Source: Verrucomicrobiota bacterium (GTDB taxonomy: Bacteria > Verrucomicrobiota > Kiritimatiellia > UBA8416 > JBHORK01). From it: DNA of 64,000 bases. The stretch covers positions 4,370 to 68,369 of the forward strand of contig JBHORK010000005.1 of NCBI GenBank assembly GCA_042565725.1. The letters are read 5' to 3'. Below are positions 45,104 to 53,390 of the stretch, one piece after another. Position 1 is the first letter of the stretch, and the number at the start of each line of letters is the position of its first letter. The position numbers and the translations under genes were made by a program. The notes beneath the pieces were generated by a model. It did no database searches, was not told the origin of the DNA, and saw nothing but the letters and a program-made list of their open reading frames with translations.

Positions 45104-46183
45104 TCATTCTTTTATACGTTTTGTTCCACTACCCTTTCCTGCAATCTCCGCCACAACCCTTGTTATACCTTCAACAACCCGGGCTGTTTGATCATACTCC
45201 AACTTATCGGGTGTGTCTTCCAATGTATGATAATAACTATACCGAAACAGTGCCGTATCTGTGATCATGACAGCAGGATAACCCGATTTCCAGAATGACC
45301 AGTGATCAGACCAGCTTACTCCCGTAAGCCAGCCAGGAGGAGCCGCCCCCTCAGAAGGAAAATGCGTGTGTTTGCGAAATGATGCCAGAGAGCGATAAAG
45401 CAAACGCCGACACGACATATTACTGATGAACCCTATAAAATTGCCGGTATCCGGGTAGAAAAAGTTCATGGGAAAAGGATAATGCTGACTCCCACGCTTA
45501 TCTGAGTAACAACCGATAGTTTCAAGAGAAAACATTGCCACTATTTTGTCCTCTCTTTTCTCCGAGCGTGAAGCATACACGCGACTCCCCATTCGTTCTG
45601 TCTGAAAGAATGGTGGCTCCTCGTTGACAAATGCTACAAACCGTATTGTGCGGAAAGGTTTTTCACGAGCAAGAAGCCGCGCAATCTCAATGAGTGCGGC
45701 AACGCCTGATCCATTATCGTTCGCGCCGGGAGAGCCAGCAACAGAATCATAATGCGCACCCACAACAATAATTTCTTTCGACCGATCCGTTCCTGTCAAT
45801 TCGGCTTCCAGATTCTTTACTGTCACACCTTGAATTTCATATTCCTGCGCAGAAACACTATAACCTGATTTCGTGAAAGCATCCTCAATGTAACTGGCGG
45901 CGGCATCCAGCTCTTTGGGTCGCCAGACATTTCTCTCCCCTATCTCGCCGGCCAGCACTTCTACATGCCTTTCAATATTATCTCGCAGGAGCCTCTCTCC
46001 CTCAGACAATGGCAAAAACTGACCGGAATATGATTTACCTGGCATACCTGTAATACACCCAAAAAAAGAGACAAGAAGAACGACTACCGCTATAAATCTA
46101 ACTGCAAACCAGCACCAAGCCTTCTTCCCATGCGGAACAATTCTAAACGTTATAATTGATTTGTAATGTTGTTTATTAGACAC
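45104..46183 (-). CDS. M28 family metallopeptidase
   Basis: 359 aa. N-terminal TM/signal, IIVVGAHYDSV, GANDNGSGVAALIEIARLL, FVAFVNEEPPFF are M28 zinc-ligand blocks. Confidence 0.8.
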   Translation of the reverse strand: MSNKQHYKSIITFRIVPHGKKAWCWFAVRFIAVVVLLVSFFGCITGMPGKSYSGQFLPLSEGERLLRDNIERHVEVLAGEIGERNVWRPKELDAAASYIEDAFTKSGYSVSAQEYEIQGVTVKNLEAELTGTDRSKEIIVVGAHYDSVAGSPGANDNGSGVAALIEIARLLAREKPFRTIRFVAFVNEEPPFFQTERMGSRVYASRSEKREDKIVAMFSLETIGCYSDKRGSQHYPFPMNFFYPDTGNFIGFISNMSCRRLLYRSLASFRKHTHFPSEGAAPPGWLTGVSWSDHWSFWKSGYPAVMITDTALFRYSYYHTLEDTPDKLEYDQTARVVEGITRVVAEIAGKGSGTKRIKE

Positions 46184-46247
46184 CTTCCAAAGAATACTTT
46201 TTTATCGATTGAATTACAAATTCATTCTAAATTTGCGCCTCATGTTA

Positions 46248-46276
46248 TTGACATATACTATGCAACAAGTTAAGTT
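46248..46276 (+). promoter_or_regulatory. candidate sigma70-type promoter for tRNA-Glu
   Basis: TTGACA (46248-46253), 17 nt, TAAGTT (46271-46276), about 40 nt upstream of the tRNA. The promoter consensus of this organism is unknown. Confidence 0.35.
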
Positions 46277-46318
46277 TTTCAATTAGAAATTTTGTGATCA
46301 GAAACCGAAAGTTCCAGT

Positions 46319-46393
46319 GCCCCCTTCGTCTATCGGCTAGGACATCAGGTTCTCATCCTGGAAAGAGGGGTTCGACTCCCCTAGGGGGTGCCA
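46319..46393 (+). tRNA. tRNA-Glu (anticodon CTC)
   Basis: Hand-folded: acceptor GCCCCCT/AGGGGGT, D-arm GTCT-ATCGGCTA-GGAC, anticodon arm TCAGG-TTCTCAT-CCTGG, variable AAAG, T-arm AGGGG-TTCGACT-CCCCT, discriminator G, encoded CCA. Confidence 0.85.
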
Positions 46394-48063
46394 ATAGGAG
46401 TCAAATGCGAACTCTCACCCGTTTTGTTGGAAACCCTTGGTAATAGGTCGTTCGCGTAAAGCGCAATCCTAACTTTATACCATTTAGTTCGTATTTGCGT
46501 GTGGAAGACCCCTTTGTCGGTCGGCGGCTTTTCCTTCTCAGGGTCAAACTGGCTTACATTGATTTCCTTCACGATGAGACTGATAAGCTCCTTCTGTTCC
46601 TCAAGCGGAAGGTTCTTGACCACGTTATCAAATGCCAGCAGAGAATCTGCTATCACCTTCTCGTCTGTCACGACCTGCTCTTTGTAGTTCATGTCCACTT
46701 TGAGCCGTTCTATCTCCATTTCAACATCGTACTTTCTCTGAGACACCCTTTCTGCTTCAGCCATGAAATCATCTGTCATGTGGTTTGCGCCTTTCTTCTT
46801 GGCTGTCTCTATACAGTTCCTCACTTGCTGTGACAGCTTGAGGTGCTGTTTCTCAAGCTGACTCAGCTTTGATTTCATGGGGCGCAATGATTTCGTTTTT
46901 GTTGTATTCGAGGATTTGACCGTCTGTTTGATAACTTCCGGGTGTCTGCCAATCTCCCCCACATACTCGATAATCAGATCTTCAAAAGCCCTGGCAGGCA
47001 CTCTTCTTATTGGACAATCTGAATGACTGCCATCCTTCACAACATCTGTGCACGTATAGTAGAGATACGGATTCCCATCCTTGTCTTTCTTTCCCCCTTG
47101 ATTAGGAGTAAGGCTCTTCCCGCAATACCCACACTTCAACAAGCCTTTCAGCAGATGTATGTGCTTATCCCTTCTGTGAACCCACTTCCTTCTTCTCTTG
47201 GAAAGAGCTTCATTGGCATCCTCCCAAAGTTTCTTTGATACAAGTGCTACATGCTCTGACTCGTACTCATCGTCTCCACGCCTGATGATTCCTTTATAGA
47301 GAGGATTCGCGATCAGCCTCTTTACCTTGTCGGGCTGAAACCTTCTTTCTCCAACTGTCTTCTCTGTACCGTCTTTTCTTGTCCAAACGCTCTTCTTTGT
47401 TCTATTCCCTTGCTCGTTGAGTGTGTTGCAGACCTCCGTGGAGTTTCTCAGCTTGACGGCAAGCCGGTACATTTCCTTCACGAGCGCGGATTCCTCTTTG
47501 TGCGGAACAAGCTTTTGTATGTCCTTCTCATACTCATAGCCTGCGGGGACCCGCCCTCCAAGCCATTTGCCCCTTTTGGCTCTCTCCGTCATACCTGCCG
47601 TTGTCCTTTCAGATATGAGCTCTCTTTCATATTGCCCAAAGCTGAGCAACATATTGAGCATGAGCATGCCCATCGGTGTTGATGTATCGAACTGCTGTGT
47701 TGCAGATACAAAGTCAACCCCGCACTTCTCAAGCTTTGCCCACAGCTCATAGAAATCAACGATGCTTCTGGATATCCTGTCCAGTTTGTATGCTACGACA
47801 ACATCAACCTTTCCGCTCTCAACTGCACTCAACAATGCCTGAATGGCAGGCCGTTCAAGATTCTTCCCAGAATATCCCGGGTCTTCAAAATATGAAGACG
47901 AATGCCAGTTATCCATTTGATGTATGGATATGTAGTGCTCGCAGATATCCTTCTGTGCATCGAGTGAGCTGTACTCACCTTGAGCCTGCTCGTCTGTTGA
48001 GACACGAGTGTAGACTGCACATCGTACAATCTTGCTCTCTGTCTTTGTTGTCTTCTTTGCCAT
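46381..48063 (-). CDS. large serine recombinase (resolvase/invertase N-terminal domain + recombinase + zinc-ribbon domains)
   Basis: 560 aa. VRCAVYTRVSTDEQ catalytic-Ser block, VVVAYKLDRISRS, recombinase domain, Cys cluster CGYCGK...YYTC...C, C-terminal coiled coil. The last 13 nt overlap the 3' end of tRNA-Glu. Confidence 0.9.
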   Translation of the reverse strand: MAKKTTKTESKIVRCAVYTRVSTDEQAQGEYSSLDAQKDICEHYISIHQMDNWHSSSYFEDPGYSGKNLERPAIQALLSAVESGKVDVVVAYKLDRISRSIVDFYELWAKLEKCGVDFVSATQQFDTSTPMGMLMLNMLLSFGQYERELISERTTAGMTERAKRGKWLGGRVPAGYEYEKDIQKLVPHKEESALVKEMYRLAVKLRNSTEVCNTLNEQGNRTKKSVWTRKDGTEKTVGERRFQPDKVKRLIANPLYKGIIRRGDDEYESEHVALVSKKLWEDANEALSKRRRKWVHRRDKHIHLLKGLLKCGYCGKSLTPNQGGKKDKDGNPYLYYTCTDVVKDGSHSDCPIRRVPARAFEDLIIEYVGEIGRHPEVIKQTVKSSNTTKTKSLRPMKSKLSQLEKQHLKLSQQVRNCIETAKKKGANHMTDDFMAEAERVSQRKYDVEMEIERLKVDMNYKEQVVTDEKVIADSLLAFDNVVKNLPLEEQKELISLIVKEINVSQFDPEKEKPPTDKGVFHTQIRTKWYKVRIALYANDLLPRVSNKTGESSHLTPIGTP

Positions 48064-48075
48064 GATGCCTCCTGC

Positions 48076-48119
48076 AGTTCGTATATAATGAGTTACCTAC
48101 TATAGTTATAATACGAACT
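48076..48119. promoter_or_regulatory. 9-bp inverted repeat around AT-rich boxes just upstream of the recombinase start
   Basis: agttcgtat (48076-48084) ... atacgaact (48111-48119) flanks tataat/tatagt-like hexamers 13 nt from the recombinase ATG (48063). Operator/promoter or recombination-site-like. Confidence 0.35.
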
Positions 48120-48556
48120 ACTTGCAAGACAAAGATATCAGTCAGAATGCTAGATTCATGGATTGTGCGGAACAGGGCAGGATTCGAACCGGCGAAAACA
48201 CACCAAGTTTCTTCGAAAACAGATGCATTTAACGATGATGTTACACAGATAGGTACACATGAATCAGGCGCCTTCAGGCGTTTTGAGTCACGGCTAGTCA
48301 TAGAAAAGGCGTCTGCTGACCTTCAGGAGATCATTCATGCTTGGGCGGAATTGGCTGGTTCACTCAAAGCTGCAGCGCTGGCTGTGGTGAGGAGTCAGGC
48401 CTCCAAGAGCAACGCATCCATAGATATCGCCTAGATCACATAATTTGGTTGAATAGTAGCTTCGTTTACAGTGCCCCCATTTTCAACTTGCGTTGAAATG
48501 CTGGACCGTCTATAGTCTCCTGTTAATGAATGGCGAGCAGTGCAGGAGGGTTCGGT

Positions 48557-50053
48557 ATGCGTGTATTATTTACGTTCACGGGTTTTCACGACCCGTACGC
48601 AGTAGGCTTGATCGGCGACGATCAACAGCCGGGGCCCGTTCTGTCTCTTGTTTCGGCGAGACAGTTCGATAAAGTCATCCTTTTCTCTACCCCCACCACG
48701 GAAATCCACACCCAGGATACCGAAGCCGCACTCAAGGAGAGACACCCCAAGCTTGGTGTCAGGATAATAGATCTACCGCTCCCTGACCCTACGGCGTACA
48801 CGGCGATTCTGCGCCTTCTACGCAAGCACGTCGGCGGAATAGTCACAAAGCGGCCGGACGACGAGTACTCCGTTGCAGTTGCTTCCGGGACTCCGCACAT
48901 GCACGCATGCTGGGTGCTTCTTGTCTCCGGAGGCGAGATACCGGCAAAGCTTCTCCACATCCGTCCGCCGAAATACGTCACCAAAGATCTACCATTGGTT
49001 TCAGAAGTTGATCTGTCTGCTCCAGAGTTTCCGGAGGTCAGTGCTTCTCTGTGCATGGAACCGCAGGCGGAATACCAGAAGCATATCGGGTTGGATCAAG
49101 CTTTGCAGGAACTGCAGATCGTTGGGGAACACCCTAAGTTCATTCAAGCCGTAAAGATGGCCTCCGTCGTTGCGGAGCACGACACCCCGGTGCTTGTCAG
49201 GGGAGACACAGGAACCGGCAAAGAACTGATTGCGCGTTTGATTCACCGGCTTTCTGCCCGAGACCAAGACACGTTCATCCCCGTCAATTGCGGGTCCCTT
49301 CCGGGAAACCTTATAGAAAGCATACTGTTCGGTCATAAGAAGGGAGCCTTTACCGGGGCCTCATCCGATCAGATCGGAAAATTCGAGCAAGCGGACGGCG
49401 GCACTCTCTTCCTGGATGAGATCGGGGAACTACCGGCAGAGCTCCAGCCTCGCCTGCTTAGAGTGCTGGAAGATGGAATCATCGAGCCTCTCGGGTCAAA
49501 GCAAAGCAAGAAGGTTGACGTACGGATCGTTGCCGCCACAAATCGTGACCTGGAACAAGCAATTGAGAAAAAGGAATTCCGCGAAGATCTCTACTATCGG
49601 ATCTCCTTCACGGTAATATCACTGCCTTCTTTGAAAGAGAGACGCAGTGACATCCCAACCATTGCTTTGCATTTACTTGCTAAGCTGAATGCTTCTCTGA
49701 AAAAGCCCAAACGTTTGTCTCCAGAGGCTCTGTCTCGCCTCGAACAGCACAACTGGCGCGGCAATGTCAGAGATTTGGAGAATGTTCTTGGCCGGTCGCT
49801 GATGATGGCGACTCAAGAGGTCCTCACTGCCGATGATCTGCTAATCGAGGAACCGCGCCGAAAAAAGGATCCGCTGGCTGTTCTTCCTGAGCCATATGAG
49901 GGGTTCATTCTCGACGACTATCTCAAAAGCGCGAGGAAGCAACTCATTCTTCACGCACTGGAACGGTCCAATGGTAGCCAGACTGGGGCTGCGAAGCTAC
50001 TGGGAATAACCCCCCAGGCGGTGCACAAGTTTGTTAGGAATCAGCAGAAATGA
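48557..50053 (+). CDS. RtcR-like sigma54-dependent transcriptional activator (CARF-like N-domain + AAA+ + Fis-type HTH)
   Basis: Start at M10 (ATG 48557; AGGAGG 7 nt upstream). N-domain ...VAVASGTPHMHACWVLLVSGGEIPAKLLHIRPP parallels E. coli RtcR HITTGTHVAQICWFLL...ARLIQSSPP (from memory). Walker A GDTGTGKE, GAFTGA loop (KKGAFTGAS), Walker B LFLDEIGEL, RIVAATNRDL, FREDLYYRI, C-terminal GAAKLLGITPQAVHKFV. Confidence 0.8.
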   Translation: MRVLFTFTGFHDPYAVGLIGDDQQPGPVLSLVSARQFDKVILFSTPTTEIHTQDTEAALKERHPKLGVRIIDLPLPDPTAYTAILRLLRKHVGGIVTKRPDDEYSVAVASGTPHMHACWVLLVSGGEIPAKLLHIRPPKYVTKDLPLVSEVDLSAPEFPEVSASLCMEPQAEYQKHIGLDQALQELQIVGEHPKFIQAVKMASVVAEHDTPVLVRGDTGTGKELIARLIHRLSARDQDTFIPVNCGSLPGNLIESILFGHKKGAFTGASSDQIGKFEQADGGTLFLDEIGELPAELQPRLLRVLEDGIIEPLGSKQSKKVDVRIVAATNRDLEQAIEKKEFREDLYYRISFTVISLPSLKERRSDIPTIALHLLAKLNASLKKPKRLSPEALSRLEQHNWRGNVRDLENVLGRSLMMATQEVLTADDLLIEEPRRKKDPLAVLPEPYEGFILDDYLKSARKQLILHALERSNGSQTGAAKLLGITPQAVHKFVRNQQK

Positions 50054-50166
50054 ACGGAAATTGCATATATATTGAACCTAGGCTGAAATGCCAGGCTGTC
50101 GCCTTAACGGGCCTGGATGCTTCTAACATGCTGCCAGCAAGCAAGTTGCGCCAATCTTGGCCGACA

Positions 50167-50182
50167 TGGCATGAACCGTGCA
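50167..50182 (+). promoter_or_regulatory. candidate sigma54 (-24/-12) promoter
   Basis: TGGCATGAACCGTGCA vs consensus TGGCACG-N4-TTGCW. Invariant GG and GC are present at the exact 10-nt spacing. It lies 38 nt upstream of ATG 50220 and directly downstream of the sigma54 activator gene. Confidence 0.6.
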
Positions 50183-50219
50183 TAATATGCGAGTCATGTG
50201 GAATGAGAGAATTTACGCC

Positions 50220-51491
50220 ATGAATAACGATAGAGCTTTTACAAATGTGGATGACGAGGCTTTGGTCCAGCGCTTACGGGCGGCCCAGTCCAGAGTTACG
50301 TTTGTTGCCCCCGGCATCAGCAAACTCGTGGCTGGGGAGCTCATCGCCTGTCTGGAGAGGATTCCTGTAGACCAGGTGAACGTCATTCTTGATGTGGATC
50401 CGGAAGTATGCCGCCTCGGCTATGGGGATATTGAGGGCCTTGAGCTGCTCAAGATAGAAGGCGAGAAGCATGGGCTGATGCTATGTCATCAGCCTGGCAT
50501 TCGACTGGGACTACTGATCGCCGATGACACGACGGTTATCTATTCCCCAACTCCATTGCTCATAGAAGCTGGTTCTACGACACCTACAAAACCAAATGGC
50601 ATCTGCATCTCGGGTGACAGTATGGAGACAGTGAAGAAGGCATGCGGCGTAGAAGGCAGTGCTGTTGATCGAGAGCTGGGAATGGATCCCGCCAAGACTC
50701 CCGACATCGAGATGATCAAACAGGATCTGGAACGTAATCCTCCAAAGAGATTCGATGTTGCCCGTGCTGAACGGGTCTTCAATTCCAGGCTTCAGTATGT
50801 CGAGTTCTCGTTCGAGGACTACAAGCTTTCCAAGAAGACCATTTCTATCCCGGCGGAGCTGACGGGTATTACTCAAGACAAAGACCTGATCCAACGCTGG
50901 CGAAATAGTTTTCGGCTCTTCTCGGGTACTTCAGCTCTGGAAGTTGTGCGAAACGAGGGAGCACCCGAGGAGGAATTTCTTACCGAGCAAGGCTTGGAAA
51001 CTGAAAAGAAGGCCATTGTGAGTGAGTTCCTTCTTGTCGTTCCCCGATTTGGCACGGTCATTCTTCGCAGTAGACGTAATGACTTCGACAAACGCATCGA
51101 GGTGTTCAAAGAAAGAGTCGAAGCTTTCAAAAAGGGCGTAGTTCAGCAGGTAGAGGAACACTTGCTGAAGACCAAGGAGAGCTTAATCGGTGACCTGATC
51201 TCCCATGTCAAAGAGAAGCCGCCAGAGAAGTGGAGGAAGACGATGCCCTCTTCCAAGCTCTCGGATACGGAGGCAAAAGAACGTCTACAGGATGAACTGG
51301 AGGGTTTGTTTGGGAGCGTCGAACGTGTCTTTGACCCAAAGGTTCGAATCGTCTTCAAAGAAGTTACGTACGAGAGCATCAGCGATTCCGACTTCCAGGC
51401 GTCGCTGACCAAGCATTTTCCACCTACGGCACTGCAAGAGCTCTTCAGCGAGCACGACGCAGCGCCTGAGGCTACTAGAGAGGAGAACTGA
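50220..51491 (+). CDS. hypothetical protein (first gene of the operon)
   Basis: 423 aa from ATG 50220 (the ORF-track GTG 50178 lies inside the promoter). N-terminal alpha/beta region (VTFVAPGISKL...VNVILDVDPEV...CHQPGIRLGLLIADDTTVIYSPTPLLIEAG). C-terminal charged helical region. No family recognised. Confidence 0.5.
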   Translation: MNNDRAFTNVDDEALVQRLRAAQSRVTFVAPGISKLVAGELIACLERIPVDQVNVILDVDPEVCRLGYGDIEGLELLKIEGEKHGLMLCHQPGIRLGLLIADDTTVIYSPTPLLIEAGSTTPTKPNGICISGDSMETVKKACGVEGSAVDRELGMDPAKTPDIEMIKQDLERNPPKRFDVARAERVFNSRLQYVEFSFEDYKLSKKTISIPAELTGITQDKDLIQRWRNSFRLFSGTSALEVVRNEGAPEEEFLTEQGLETEKKAIVSEFLLVVPRFGTVILRSRRNDFDKRIEVFKERVEAFKKGVVQQVEEHLLKTKESLIGDLISHVKEKPPEKWRKTMPSSKLSDTEAKERLQDELEGLFGSVERVFDPKVRIVFKEVTYESISDSDFQASLTKHFPPTALQELFSEHDAAPEATREEN

Positions 51492-51493
51492 CT

Positions 51494-52507
51494 ATGAGTG
51501 AAAAGACTATATGGGGAATACACGCTGGCCGGACCGGCGACGCTGATTCCCTTTTCTTGAGACATAACGTCATTGCCCTGGGATGGGTGAAGATGGGGAA
51601 TATTGGCGAACTGCCGGGAGAACGCGAAGCGTTCAAGGCACGCATGATGGAAGTCATGCCGGACAAGAAGCCTGGCTACTATCCCAACGCAGCGGGCCAG
51701 CTCTACCGTTTTGTGCATGAGATGAAAGAAGGCGATCTGGTCGTCTATCCTTCCAAGAAAGATAAGCATATGCACATCGGAGAGATCACAGGTTCGTTTA
51801 AGTACGCCACGGAACCTGAACCTGGTTATCCCCAACAGCGACCCGTTAAGTGGCTCAAGGACTTTCCGCGCACGCGTTTCTCTCAAGGCGCATTGTATGA
51901 AACTGGCTCTGCCATGAGCTTTTTCCAAATCAAGAACTATGCCGATGAATTCATCTCAGCATTGACAGGTGAGCAATCAGCCGAAGTGCCGGAAGACGAT
52001 CCGACGGTTTCAGTTGTTGCGGAGGAGATAGAACAAAGCACAGTCGATTTCATTCTCAAGATGCTTTCGCAGGAACTGAAAGGCCATCCGTTCGCTGACT
52101 TTGTGGGTCACCTCCTAAATGTCATGGGCTACAAGACACGCATTGCACCTGAAGGTCCAGACGGCGGCGTTGATATTGTTGCCCACAAGGACGAGCTTGG
52201 GTTTGAGCCCCCCATCATCAAGGTACAAGTGAAGAGCACTGAGGGTACAATTGGCGATCCAGTCGTTTCCCAACTATACGGCAAAGTCGAGACGGGCGAA
52301 TTCGGGATGGTTGTGACGCTCGGCTCTTTCAGTAACCAGGCAATTAGCTTTGCGCGGAATAAGAGCAACCTACGGTTGGTCGACGGCAATGAATTGGTCG
52401 ATATGATCCTCGCGCATTACGAGAAGTTTGACTCCAAGTACAAAGGGCTCCTCCCTCTCCGGCGGGTTTACGTCCCTGAGAAGATAGAGGATTCAGAACG
52501 AGGTTAA
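51494..52507 (+). CDS. Mrr-like restriction endonuclease (PD-(D/E)xK) with N-terminal beta-rich domain
   Basis: 337 aa. C-terminal Mrr_cat-type block FADFVGHLLNVMGYKT...PDGGVDIVAHKD...IIKVQVKST...GMVVTLGSFSNQAISFA. N-terminal about 130 aa (IWGIHAGRTGD...GDLVVYPSKKDKHMHIGEITG) is of uncertain family. Confidence 0.8.
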   Translation: MSEKTIWGIHAGRTGDADSLFLRHNVIALGWVKMGNIGELPGEREAFKARMMEVMPDKKPGYYPNAAGQLYRFVHEMKEGDLVVYPSKKDKHMHIGEITGSFKYATEPEPGYPQQRPVKWLKDFPRTRFSQGALYETGSAMSFFQIKNYADEFISALTGEQSAEVPEDDPTVSVVAEEIEQSTVDFILKMLSQELKGHPFADFVGHLLNVMGYKTRIAPEGPDGGVDIVAHKDELGFEPPIIKVQVKSTEGTIGDPVVSQLYGKVETGEFGMVVTLGSFSNQAISFARNKSNLRLVDGNELVDMILAHYEKFDSKYKGLLPLRRVYVPEKIEDSERG

Positions 52508-52511
52508 AACT

Positions 52512-53390
52512 TTGGGAAGCAATAAAGAGAAAAGAAAACTCCAGATCAGCAATGGGCACTACTTGTTGTTTGATGAGTTGGCTAAACTCATGAATGCAAT
52601 TGTCTCATTGAGTGATCAGAAGAAGATATTGATGTCTGATTTGGAAGAAGCGTCTGGTCTGCCGTTCCGGCAGGTGAGAAACAGAATTAGTATTGGTCGC
52701 GCAATGGGCCTCTTTCTTTCCAAAACGCTTGACCTCAGTGCTGTTGGCTGCTTGATTGCAAAATATGATATGTTTTTCGGCAATAAGGGAACACTGGAGT
52801 GGCTTCATTACAAAGCTTCCTCCTCCTACGTAAACCTTGTGTGGTTCGAAACATTCAACACATTTCTACCTCACCATTCTCCACAGAACTACGAAGAATG
52901 GCTATCTTATTTTCGTGGCACGCTAGCAGAGAACTATACAGAACATTCATTAAAGGATCACCTTGGTAAAGAAGTTCGCTTTCTCATCGATGCTTATACA
53001 TCTTCTGGTTTCAGTAAACTGCAATTGTTGTATGAAGCATCTGATGGGCGGATTTCACGCAGGAGATATGCTCGGCCATGTGAAGAAGTCCTCGCTGCCA
53101 TGATCTACACCTTTGGTGCAAACCAAGGTGCTACCCTTTTGCAGGTTGCCGAGCTTGTAGAGCAACCAGCGTCTCCAGGGCTGCTTCTGGCCATGGATCA
53201 AGGCACGCTTTTGCAGCTATTGGAGAGCTTGAACGGTCGCGGATGGCTCAGGTTGGAGACCACCCACAATCTTGCTCAAGTGCGCCTGTTGGACGGATAT
53301 GACCCTTTGGCCTTCCTTGAGGCATTCTATGAGAAACGCAAGCCCGTGCCCACGAAGAAGAAGACGAAAGAAGAGAGGATGCTGTTGTGA
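52512..53390 (+). CDS. hypothetical protein with wHTH-like segment (possibly DUF4007-like; unverified)
   Basis: 292 aa from TTG 52512 (alternative ATG 52590). ILMSDLEEASGLPFRQVRNRISIGRAMGLF looks like a winged helix. No BrxA/BrxB motifs recognised. 4-nt gap to the upstream gene and 4-nt overlap with the next one. Confidence 0.4.
   Translation: MGSNKEKRKLQISNGHYLLFDELAKLMNAIVSLSDQKKILMSDLEEASGLPFRQVRNRISIGRAMGLFLSKTLDLSAVGCLIAKYDMFFGNKGTLEWLHYKASSSYVNLVWFETFNTFLPHHSPQNYEEWLSYFRGTLAENYTEHSLKDHLGKEVRFLIDAYTSSGFSKLQLLYEASDGRISRRRYARPCEEVLAAMIYTFGANQGATLLQVAELVEQPASPGLLLAMDQGTLLQLLESLNGRGWLRLETTHNLAQVRLLDGYDPLAFLEAFYEKRKPVPTKKKTKEERMLL

Noticed and set aside
48147-48434. 95-aa plus-strand ORF between the recombinase and the regulator
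   Set aside because: Its N-terminus is a read-through of the tRNA-like fragment (…RNRAGFEPAK…). No RBS was seen. The C-terminal half is helical, but I cannot support it as a gene.
51143-51928. 261-aa minus-strand ORF inside the island
   Set aside because: It is antisense across the junction of the 423-aa gene and the Mrr-like gene, both of which have coherent domain content and tight operon spacing. The translation is Ser/Arg/Cys-rich with no motifs.
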